From Oligoflexus sp. (GTDB lineage: Bacteria; Bdellovibrionota_B; Oligoflexia; Oligoflexales; Oligoflexaceae), in assembly GCA_041736305.1 (NCBI GenBank), contig JBGSTX010000216.1, forward strand, positions 1 to 18,932: a stretch of 18,932 bases of DNA. The letters are read 5' to 3'. The translations under genes were made by a program, and so were the position numbers. Under the pieces are notes generated by a model. It did no database searches, was not told the origin of the DNA, and saw nothing but the letters and a program-made list of their open reading frames with translations. Below, in pieces: positions 7,356 through 15,078 of the stretch (positions are counted from its first letter, which is position 1; every line of letters starts with the position of its first letter).

Positions 7356-8930
7356 TCAGCTATTCGGCTTACGAAACTTTCTGGGATCTAGGCCGTATTT
7401 TTTAGCCCGGAGACCCATGACCCTTTCCGTAAGTCCAAGCTCACGGGCGGCCTTCGCCATATTCCCTTTGCTGGCCTTGAGTGCATCGAGGATAAGCTCA
7501 CGCTCCATCGACTCGAGCACGCCTTTCATATTGCTCTGCGGATCATTGCCGGCACTTTCAGCGATCTGAAGGCTCGGCGGTAAGTGGTGACCTCGGATGA
7601 CTCCTTCATTGCTGAGGAGGACAGCCCGTTCCATGCAGTTCTCCAGCTCTCTCACGTTGCCTGGCCAGTGGTAGCTGGTCAGCATGTCGATGGCAGGAGT
7701 CGAAATACGGCGAATGTTCTTGTTGTGGACCTTACGGTACTTCTCAATGAAGTAATCCGTGATCGGCATGATGTCAGTCTTTCTCTCCCGCAGCGGCGGT
7801 ACATGGATAGGAAAGACGTTGAGCCGATAGTAGAGGTCCTGCCGGAAGAGGCCCTGCTCGATCATATTCTCTAGATTCCGATTGGTCGCTGCAATGACCC
7901 GGACATCGGTCTTGATCGTGCTCACGCCACCCAAACGTTCAAATTCGCGCTGCTGCAAAACCCGCAGGAGCTTGATCTGAGTCGTCAGAGATAGATCACC
8001 GATCTCGTCGAGAAAGAGCGTTCCTCCGCTGGCCAGCTCGAAGCGGCCCTTCTTCTGACTGTGGGCTCCGGTGAAGGCACCTCGTTCATGGCCGAAGAGC
8101 TCGCTCTCGAGCAGAGTCTCGGGTAGCGCTGCGCAGTTGACCTTAATGAAGGGCTTGACCCGCCGACTGCTGTTGCGGTGCAAGGCATCCGCAATCAGCT
8201 CTTTACCCACTCCACTCTCGCCGAGAATCAAAACGCTCGTATCCGTATCAGCAACCTGCTGCATCAGCTCGAACACACCGAGCGTGACCTTGGAGTTGCC
8301 GATAATCTGGGAACGATCGAAAGGAGCTTTCTCCGTGGGCATGAGATTACTGTTGTCGCCCTCTGGCAGGTGATCAGGATAAAAACGGTTGATCATAGCC
8401 GACTGAGAAATGAGCGAGGTAAGAATGGACAGAAATGCCTGCTCTGTCTTCGGCTCGAAGTTGCCATAGCAAATCTTCACCGAGGTTAGAGTTCCCATGC
8501 GTCTTTCATGGAATTTGATGGGATGACAGAGAACGTAGAGCTGAGCACTGCGATCGACGTCGAAGGTGGCGTGAAAACGCGTCCCTTCGATGTGGGCAAC
8601 CGGAGCCATTTTAAAGCGCCAGTTGCGAAGAACATCTTGCGTCACCTGCTGGATCGTTTCTTCGATCTGGGGATCGATCGGCTTCTCCGGTAGCGAAGTC
8701 CGGATCTCCCTACCGACATCGACCACACCTTCCACGAAGTTGATTCGGCCCATAATGAGGTCGCAATGTCTCTCCATCGATCCGAGAATCTCGCGCAGCC
8801 CATCGACGAATCCAGCACTTTTCTCTAGATTCAAGGCTGCCATTCGAAGTACTTCGAGCTGTTTTTCCCTACGGATGCGATCTTCTGACTGTTGCACTAA
8901 GATCGATGCCGCTTGACCTCGGGAATTCAT
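7356..8930 (-). CDS. NifA-like sigma54-dependent enhancer-binding protein (GAF-like, AAA+, Fis HTH)
   Basis: Walker A GESGVGKE, ESELFGHERGAFTGA, LFLDEIG, FRQDLYYRLNV, WPGNVRELEN and C-terminal GNMAKAARELGLTER HTH. The N-terminus is GAF-like, not a receiver domain. Confidence 0.92.
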   Translation of the reverse strand: MNSRGQAASILVQQSEDRIRREKQLEVLRMAALNLEKSAGFVDGLREILGSMERHCDLIMGRINFVEGVVDVGREIRTSLPEKPIDPQIEETIQQVTQDVLRNWRFKMAPVAHIEGTRFHATFDVDRSAQLYVLCHPIKFHERRMGTLTSVKICYGNFEPKTEQAFLSILTSLISQSAMINRFYPDHLPEGDNSNLMPTEKAPFDRSQIIGNSKVTLGVFELMQQVADTDTSVLILGESGVGKELIADALHRNSSRRVKPFIKVNCAALPETLLESELFGHERGAFTGAHSQKKGRFELASGGTLFLDEIGDLSLTTQIKLLRVLQQREFERLGGVSTIKTDVRVIAATNRNLENMIEQGLFRQDLYYRLNVFPIHVPPLRERKTDIMPITDYFIEKYRKVHNKNIRRISTPAIDMLTSYHWPGNVRELENCMERAVLLSNEGVIRGHHLPPSLQIAESAGNDPQSNMKGVLESMERELILDALKASKGNMAKAARELGLTERVMGLRAKKYGLDPRKFRKPNS

Positions 8931-9100
8931 CGTACCCTCCCTTGCATAAGGTTTTTAACCAGGGTTCCTTTGCGAATGAAGCGAGCTGCACATGGCCTTT
9001 AAAGATTTACCATCGTGTGTGTTAGGGCCCTTATAACCGGTTTTATCGCGAGGCAGCACTTTTTTTGTGTAAAAAAACAACGAAGTGCTCCCGCTTTTTT

Positions 9101-9279
9101 CCTACATATTTGTAAATTCTTTGATTCGGAGTACTTTTGTAGGCTGTTTTTGCGTCAAAATAGATGGGTTTCATGCAAAGAGGTAGGAAATTCGTAAAGA
9201 AATTTCAAGATCAGCGGCTGAGGGGTGCAATAAAAAATCCTACACTTTAGTATGCTGCACCTCAGCCTACAGGATTATA
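9101..9279. promoter_or_regulatory. Cluster of five CCTACA-N4-TGTA-like boxes (putative transcription factor binding sites)
   Basis: 9101 CCTACATATTTGTA; 9130-9143 revcomp CCTACAAAAGTACT; 9174-9187 revcomp CCTACCTCTTTGCA; 9239 CCTACACTTTAGTA; 9266 CCTACAGGATTATA. Confidence 0.55.
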
Positions 9280-9380
9280 CAAAGCATCTCTGCCTTGCAG
9301 CCGTGGGGATGCACACGGATGTTTCTTTGACTTCTTTGGAAGGAGCACTGGGGTGGGATAGGTCCTCTGCGACCAGAGGA

Positions 9381-9620
9381 TTAGGAACGGTCGTCGTCGT
9401 CGAGTTCTTTTTCTTTGGGGTAGAGGGCTTTCTTAGCTTTCTTCAGCTCTTTCCAACGACCCTTAATCTGCTTGTAGGCGTCTTGCGGGGTGATTTTACC
9501 GCCTGCTTCTAACGCGCACACAATTCCAACATCATTGGCAAATGCTTGGAGACTCTCTTCCATAAGCGTATCTTTTGTATTTTGTCTAGCTTCTTTTGGC
9601 ATAACAACTGTCTCCTCCAC
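9381..9620 (-). CDS. Small helical protein resembling the cyanobacterial DUF7219-type family
   Basis: EESLQAFANDVGIVCALEAGGKITPQDAYKQIKGRWKELKKAKK matches the recalled pattern LQEFA..V..IC.LE.GGKI....AY..IK..WK.LK. The true start may be a downstream Met. Confidence 0.7.
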   Translation of the reverse strand: MEETVVMPKEARQNTKDTLMEESLQAFANDVGIVCALEAGGKITPQDAYKQIKGRWKELKKAKKALYPKEKELDDDDRS

Positions 9621-9749
9621 AGGGAAACGGCGATCTGCGACAAGGATGTCCGCACTCGTGAACCGTGGCGACCTAGCCTAACTCAAGTTTTATATCCATC
9701 CAATAGATTATAACGCCGGAGAACTCAAAAGTACGTAACCCACAAGAGT

Positions 9750-9792
9750 AAAAAAAAAGCAAAGCCCATGGCACTCAGGCCCGGGCTTTGCT
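9750..9792 (-). terminator. Intrinsic terminator
   Basis: AGCAAAGCCC...GGGCTTTGCT stem with a T run on the minus strand, just after the stop at 9811. Confidence 0.8.
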
Positions 9793-9810
9793 GGACTGTT
9801 TAATTTCGGT

Positions 9811-10071
9811 CTAAGCTAAACGTAAAGGACGTGAAGAATCCTTACCTGCGACTTCAAGACCCTGCTTTAAAAGCTTATTCAAAGGCATTACGGAATCTCC
9901 ATAAAGCTTTTCGAGTGCGCTTGGATCCTTTTCAATTACGGGTCTTGGCGGAAACCAGCTGGATTGGCTGTTGAAGCTAGACAGCTGCTCGCCATTACGC
10001 ATGCGGCGTACTACTTCACTGTTTCTTTCCTTACGAAGACTCTTTGACCTGCGTTCTGTAACTTTTCTCAT
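9811..10071 (-). CDS. Small basic hypothetical protein (86 aa)
   Basis: Start moved to ATG 10071 (AGGGGGAG RBS). It has its own sigma28-type promoter and terminator. Confidence 0.7.
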   Translation of the reverse strand: MRKVTERRSKSLRKERNSEVVRRMRNGEQLSSFNSQSSWFPPRPVIEKDPSALEKLYGDSVMPLNKLLKQGLEVAGKDSSRPLRLA

Positions 10072-10106
10072 TTGACGCTCTCCCCCTACGAACTCAATAA
10101 TCTTTC

Positions 10107-10133
10107 GTATCGGCAAGATGGGGCACGCCTTTA
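10107..10133 (-). promoter_or_regulatory. sigma28 (FliA) promoter
   Basis: Minus strand TAAA-ggcgtgccccatctt(N15)-GCCGATAC, one mismatch to consensus. Confidence 0.75.
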
Positions 10134-10184
10134 ATGAGGCCCGGCACTTTCCTGAAAAACTAAATAAATTCAATTAATTACCTT

Positions 10185-10802
10185 TTAGATTCCGGCCTGA
10201 ATTCCGAAGAGTACACTGGTGCTGTCGGCGTCCAGTTTCGATTTCGGGATATCCAGACCACCCAGATCTTCAAACTTATCAAATTCTAGCTTTCGGGTCG
10301 ATTTCTCAATTTCAACCATCAAGCCGAGTCTGAACAAGAATTCCCAACGCAATCCTGCCGCTAGGTAAAGTCCTGAAGAGTTAAAAAGTGCTTTAGGCTG
10401 GACCCCACCTGGCAGGGTGTTCGCTGCATATTTGCCTTCGTAGCCGCCCGCCACCGTATAACCGAGCTTAGCGTAAGGGACGAGACCGAAGAGTTCGAGA
10501 GGAAACCAAGCTTGGACTTCGAGTCCGATTTCCGTACCTAAGAGTTCTTCATAAGATCCAACATCCTCATAGCTTATTTGAGCAACACTGAGCCCAAAAC
10601 CGATAGGAACCAGCGGAATAGGATCGAGATGTGCGGCTATTTTCAGCTCGTCACCCGAAGAATTAACGGTAGAACCGGATCCCTTGAAGTCAGTTTTGCG
10701 CTTACCCATCAGAGCCTGCACATCAAAGAGCGCCCAGGCTGGCGACGCGAGCAGAGTCGAGGCGGAAAGTGCGAGTAGCAGACGAGTTAGTTGAAGCTTC
10801 AT
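10185..10802 (-). CDS. Outer-membrane beta-barrel protein (small, probably 8-stranded)
   Basis: Start moved to ATG 10802 (GGAGG RBS). Signal peptide ends in AWA; alternating amphipathic strands (PYAKLGY, YLAAGLRWEF); C-terminal strand VLFGIQAGI. Confidence 0.75.
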   Translation of the reverse strand: MKLQLTRLLLALSASTLLASPAWALFDVQALMGKRKTDFKGSGSTVNSSGDELKIAAHLDPIPLVPIGFGLSVAQISYEDVGSYEELLGTEIGLEVQAWFPLELFGLVPYAKLGYTVAGGYEGKYAANTLPGGVQPKALFNSSGLYLAAGLRWEFLFRLGLMVEIEKSTRKLEFDKFEDLGGLDIPKSKLDADSTSVLFGIQAGI

Positions 10803-10904
10803 GCCAAAAACCTCCGGACAGTGAGGAGAAAAGAGTTGTTGAATGGTTTTAACATGAATACGATGCGGCAACAAAGCAGGTTTTAAGGACAATTCCCTTG
10901 TGAG

Positions 10905-12026
10905 GTGAGACCTGTGACAGTTCGGCGAGCCATTCTTCATATCGACAGCGAAAGCACCTGGCGAGGCGGCGAGAATCAGCTGCGCCTGCTGCTCGAAAAT
11001 GCTCCCCAAGAATCTTGGCAGTGGCACCTGGCCGCACCGCCGGCCAGCGAGGCTATCAAGCGTCTCGGGGCTTCAGCTAAGCTGGTGCCAACCCCTATGC
11101 GCGGACTTCGCTTAATCTCTGCGGCCCGACAGCTCGCCTTCTATGTGCAGCGTCATCGTATCGAGCTGATCGACTGTCAAAGTTCCCGGGCCCACAATCT
11201 CGGGCTTTTGCTGAAGATGCTGCGTCCCGAGCTAAAGCTCCTCATTCATCGACGCGTCGATTATCCTCCAGGCGCCGGTTGGCTGAATCAGAAAAAATAC
11301 CTGAGTCCCCGCGTCGACCGTTACGTGTGTATTTCCCGGGCGATTGGCGAGGTACTGCTTTCCTATGGCGTCGAGCGGGACCGACTGCGGATAGTTCCCA
11401 GCGCCGTCGACCCCCTCCCCTTCGAGTCGCTCGATCGCCAGGCTATCTCAGCTTTTTTTCGCCGCGAGTGGTCCTTGCCCGCAACGACTCCCATCATCGG
11501 CAATGTCGCCTATCTCACCGAGCAGAAGAATCACGAGACTTTAATTCGAGCCCTCGCCATCCTCAAGCGCCAGGGACGGCCTTTCTTTGCTTACATAGCT
11601 GGGCAGGGCGAGCGTGAAGCTCAACTTAAATCCCTTGCGGCTGCTGAGGGATTGAAAGCGGACGAACTGAAGTTTCTTGGCGTTCGCAACGATGTTCCCG
11701 AACTCCTAGCTGCCACCGATATTTTCGCTCTTTCATCACAAGATGAAGGGCTCGGCACGAGTCTCCTCGATGCTGTCTACAGCTCTTGCGCGCTGGTGGC
11801 CACCGCAGTCGGCGGCATCCCCGAACTGGTGCTCCACGAGCAGACGGGTCTCCTGGCTCCTCCCCGCGATCCAGAAGCCTTTGCTATGCAGCTTCTACGC
11901 GTGCTCACTGACTTAAACCTACGACGAAATCTGGTGCAGGCGGCGCGGCACCATGCCGAGGCGAATTTTTCGCTAAAAAGCATGGTGGAAGGAAATCTCC
12001 AGGCCTATCGCGAACTTCTGGACTGA
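10905..12026 (+). CDS. GT4 (GT-B) glycosyltransferase, probably LPS or surface glycan synthesis
   Basis: LHIDSESTWRGGENQ, HRRVD, EQKNHETLIRA, FLGVRNDV, SSQDEGLGTSLLDA and VGGIPELV. Start at GTG 10905 or 10914. Confidence 0.9.
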   Translation: MRPVTVRRAILHIDSESTWRGGENQLRLLLENAPQESWQWHLAAPPASEAIKRLGASAKLVPTPMRGLRLISAARQLAFYVQRHRIELIDCQSSRAHNLGLLLKMLRPELKLLIHRRVDYPPGAGWLNQKKYLSPRVDRYVCISRAIGEVLLSYGVERDRLRIVPSAVDPLPFESLDRQAISAFFRREWSLPATTPIIGNVAYLTEQKNHETLIRALAILKRQGRPFFAYIAGQGEREAQLKSLAAAEGLKADELKFLGVRNDVPELLAATDIFALSSQDEGLGTSLLDAVYSSCALVATAVGGIPELVLHEQTGLLAPPRDPEAFAMQLLRVLTDLNLRRNLVQAARHHAEANFSLKSMVEGNLQAYRELLD

Positions 12027-12096
12027 GCCGAGCGGCAAGTTAGAGGACTATTGTCTTACAGTTTCGGCTGATTAGGCTCTTTTTGGCAACTGCTGC

Positions 12097-12123
12097 TCAA
12101 GGGGGGCTAGAAAGCTCCGAAGA
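12097..12123 (+). promoter_or_regulatory. Putative sigma28-type promoter
   Basis: TCAA-N15-TCCGAAGA with canonical spacing, about 100 nt upstream of the ATG at 12226. Confidence 0.5.
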
Positions 12124-12225
12124 ACTACCTGAAGCTGATTCGAATTGAGATCGGAGTCGAGAAACCGACCCGCTTTCCTAAGAGACGGCTTCAAGGGAGG
12201 TCCATCCCCGTGACAGGAGGTCGAG

Positions 12226-12960
12226 ATGGGATTAAGACACCGCACCCCCATAAGCGTTCTGCGTGAGCAGCGCCGAAATGCTGATCTTCAGGCTGAAGAG
12301 GCCCGGGCAGCTTTACCGCGTCGCAAGGAAAGCTCCAGCCGTCGCCCCCCTGAAGGTCCTCATTCTCAGGAGGCAAGTGAGCTTGTGAGTGAAAGAGACC
12401 TCGCACTTCTGACGCGACTTAGAGGTAGAATTACCGCACCTAGTGAATTAAACCAAGAAATCCAGCACGACTGCCAGTCTCTCGAAGATGAACTCCGTCG
12501 TCTTAGCCAGCTCAATAAGCGGCAAAGCGAAAAATCTGCTAAAGCAGCTGCTTTACCTGCAGAGCTTATCCTTTCGGGTAGACTTTATACGACGCCTGCT
12601 CAGGACGATCTTCCCTTTCAGACATTGAAAATCGTTCCGCCCCTAGCTGGGCAGTCGCCTGTCATCCAACGTCTCGATGTTTCTCTCAGTGATCTGTCCT
12701 ACTATCAAAAGCTTGAGCAGGAGCTCGAGCGCTATGAGCAAGTAAGCAAGGCTCCAGCGCTAGTCGACGCTCAGACTCTGACAGCAGAAGAAGTGCAGAA
12801 ACTGCGGAATGAGAAACCCACGTCCAAAGAAGAGCGCCTGGAACCCGAGCTGAGTGAAGAAGCAGCGGCTTTCATGCTGCAGATGCTCAAGGACTCAAGC
12901 AAAGGGGACGAGACCACTCGCCTTCCCCAAAATTTAGTTCTCAGCCTCCTCGACACCTAA
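12226..12960 (+). CDS. Hypothetical protein; probable highly diverged flagellin-like protein
   Basis: AGGAGG RBS. The N-terminus MGLRHRTPISVLREQRR and C-terminus LPQNLVLSLL echo flagellin D0 termini; coiled-coil QHDCQSLEDELRRLSQ. Confidence 0.6.
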   Translation: MGLRHRTPISVLREQRRNADLQAEEARAALPRRKESSSRRPPEGPHSQEASELVSERDLALLTRLRGRITAPSELNQEIQHDCQSLEDELRRLSQLNKRQSEKSAKAAALPAELILSGRLYTTPAQDDLPFQTLKIVPPLAGQSPVIQRLDVSLSDLSYYQKLEQELERYEQVSKAPALVDAQTLTAEEVQKLRNEKPTSKEERLEPELSEEAAAFMLQMLKDSSKGDETTRLPQNLVLSLLDT

Positions 12961-13150
12961 GCGGAGTCGCTTCAACGCGCTTCGCGCCTCCCTCCTAGGC
13001 CTCAATTCCATTTCCAGTACGCCTTTTTAGAAGCTTTCCTCTTCAACGCCCAAAGGCCTTGGCTGAGGATTCTCGTCTTGAGCAAAATGGGAGAACAGTC
13101 TATCTTTTCCACTCGCAACTATGATCCCGAGGAAGGGCAGGAGACGCAGC

Positions 13151-14668
13151 TTGAACGATATCGATATAATGACTAAAATCGTGTCCCTTTGCAAAAGGCG
13201 GGGCTTCGTCTTTCAAAGTTCAGAAATCTACGGTGGTTTGAAATCCGCGTACGACTACGGTCCTCTGGGCGTAGAATTGAAGCGCAATATAGCTGCCGCC
13301 TGGTGGCGAGCGATGGTTTACGAGCGTGACGACATCGTCGGTATCGACGCTTCCATCATCATGCACCCCAAAGTCTGGGAAACATCGGGACATGTCGCCG
13401 GATTTTCTGATCCACTGGTCGACTGCCTCAACTGCAAAGAGCGCTTCCGAGGCGACAAGGCACCACGAGCCGAGGTGGGCAGCGAAGTCCAATATTTCAA
13501 AGGCGGCAAGTCCTCTGGCGAAAAGCTCAAGGGCAAAGTAGGACCCCGCGCTTACGTCTGTCCCGTCTGCAGTTCACCCGAAATGAGCGAAGAACGGCAG
13601 TTCAATGGCATGTTCCGCACCACCCTAGGTCCGGTCGATCCTCTCGATGATTTTTTCCGTGAGATTAAGGGCAAAGACCTGAATGAGCGCGAAATGCGGA
13701 CTATCTACGAAGAGAGCCTCCGCCGTTCATTGGTCTATCTGCGGCCGGAGACGGCGCAGGCGATGTTCGTACAGTTTTTGAACGTGCTGCAATCGAGCTC
13801 GATGAAAGTCCCCTTCGGCATCGCCCAACAGGGTAAATCCTTCCGCAACGAGATCGTAGTCGAGCATTTCATCTTCCGCTCCTGCGAATTCGAACAGATG
13901 GAAATGGAGTTCTTCGTGGAGCCGGGCACTCATACCGAGTGGCTCCGCTTCTGGACCGAAGAGCGCATGAGCTGGTACCGCCGCTATGCGAACAGCGCCG
14001 AGAGCTTCCGACTGCGCCAGCATGATAAAAACGAACTCGCGCACTATTCTGACGATTGCTACGACGTCGAGTACCTCTATCCCTGGGGCTGGGGTGAACT
14101 CGAAGGCATCGCTTCGCGCACCGACTACGATTTGAAACGCCATGCTGCGGCGACCGGAGTTAAGCTCAGCTACTTCGATCAGAACAAGGCGGATCCCGAA
14201 AGCGGAAAAGCCGGCTGGCGCTATGTGCCTTATGTGATCGAACCAGCGGCAGGGCTCACGCGTTCGGTCTTGGCCTTTCTAATCGATGCCTACTCCGAAG
14301 AACGTGGTACAGATGCCAACGGTCAGGAGAAAGTACGCACGGTTCTCAAGCTGCATCCGATGCTGGCCCCTATCAAAGCCGCTGTTCTGCCTCTCGTGAA
14401 GAAAGACGGCCAACCTGAAAAAGCAGCGGCGATCGCCAAAGAACTTCGTCGCGCTGGACTCAACGTCGACTGCGATGAGCAACAGAGCATAGGCAAGCGC
14501 TATGCGAAGCACGATGAGATCGGCACTCCTTTCTGCATTACGATCGACCCGCAGACGATGAGCGACGATACCGTTACCGTTCGCTTCCGCGATTCAGCCG
14601 AGCAGAAACGCATGTCTATCGCCGCGTGCATCAGCACCGTAGTCGATAGCGTCCGGCATCCAGTATAA
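13151..14668 (+). CDS. glyQS: Glycine--tRNA ligase, alpha2 (eukaryote/archaea-like) type
   Basis: SLCKRRGFVFQSSEIYGG, YDYGPLG, YLRPETAQ, GKSFRNEI, FEQMEME, ELEGIASRTDYDL, PYVIEP and SIGKRY...DEIGTPFC. Start likely TTG 13151 after AGGAG; alternatives are 13121 and 13169. Confidence 0.95.
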   Translation: MNDIDIMTKIVSLCKRRGFVFQSSEIYGGLKSAYDYGPLGVELKRNIAAAWWRAMVYERDDIVGIDASIIMHPKVWETSGHVAGFSDPLVDCLNCKERFRGDKAPRAEVGSEVQYFKGGKSSGEKLKGKVGPRAYVCPVCSSPEMSEERQFNGMFRTTLGPVDPLDDFFREIKGKDLNEREMRTIYEESLRRSLVYLRPETAQAMFVQFLNVLQSSSMKVPFGIAQQGKSFRNEIVVEHFIFRSCEFEQMEMEFFVEPGTHTEWLRFWTEERMSWYRRYANSAESFRLRQHDKNELAHYSDDCYDVEYLYPWGWGELEGIASRTDYDLKRHAAATGVKLSYFDQNKADPESGKAGWRYVPYVIEPAAGLTRSVLAFLIDAYSEERGTDANGQEKVRTVLKLHPMLAPIKAAVLPLVKKDGQPEKAAAIAKELRRAGLNVDCDEQQSIGKRYAKHDEIGTPFCITIDPQTMSDDTVTVRFRDSAEQKRMSIAACISTVVDSVRHPV

Positions 14669-14680
14669 AGGGGGACGGAC

Positions 14681-15073
14681 GTGAATAAGAGGCCGCCAGG
14701 CAAGAGTCCAAATCGCAACCGTCGTCGGCGGCGTGGAGGCGAAGGTCAGGGTCAGAATCAAGGTCAAGCTCAAGGGCAGGGGCAGCAGCGCCCTGAACCT
14801 ATAGTCGAGTACGCTCCGAAGCAGCCTAAACCACGCGTTCTTAAAAAGTACACGGTGGCTTTCTACGAGACTTTTGTGCAGGCACGCGAGGATCTGCCTC
14901 GCTTGCTAGAGCTGAAGAATGAGTTTGATCAGATCAACATAGTGATAAAAGCTGATGGCAACATGGACGACCCGGAACTGAGCGCGATCGGCAAGGTCTT
15001 CGCCGGCGAAGCCTGGACTCTGATTCACAAGCGAAGGGTGGACGATGGTTGGTACAACGAAGCTCGGGAGTAG
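14681..15073 (+). CDS. Hypothetical protein with an Arg-rich and Gly/Gln low-complexity N-terminus
   Basis: GTG start with GGGGGA RBS 12 nt after the glyQS stop; globular-looking C-terminal half. Confidence 0.7.
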   Translation: MNKRPPGKSPNRNRRRRRGGEGQGQNQGQAQGQGQQRPEPIVEYAPKQPKPRVLKKYTVAFYETFVQAREDLPRLLELKNEFDQINIVIKADGNMDDPELSAIGKVFAGEAWTLIHKRRVDDGWYNEARE

Positions 15074-15078
15074 CCGGT

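Noticed and set aside
7162-7569. ORFs 7162-7347 (-) and 7267-7569 (+) with FLFLFL or QKQKQK runs
   Set aside because: Translation artefacts of the CAAAAA repeat and A-tracts; the second is antisense to the activator gene.
7356-8930. Assigning the symbol nifA or inferring nitrogen fixation
   Set aside because: No nif genes in the window, and the architecture is shared by non-nif activators.
8942-8972. Minus-strand CTGGTTAAAAACCTTATGCA as a sigma54 promoter for the activator
   Set aside because: GG-to-GC spacing is 13 nt.
9101-9279. CCTACA repeats as a CRISPR array
   Set aside because: Repeats are short, degenerate, on both strands and irregularly spaced; no cas genes.
10803-11027. 75-aa N-terminal extension of the beta-barrel ORF
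   Set aside because: It overlaps the divergent glycosyltransferase; GGAGG and the signal peptide support ATG 10802.
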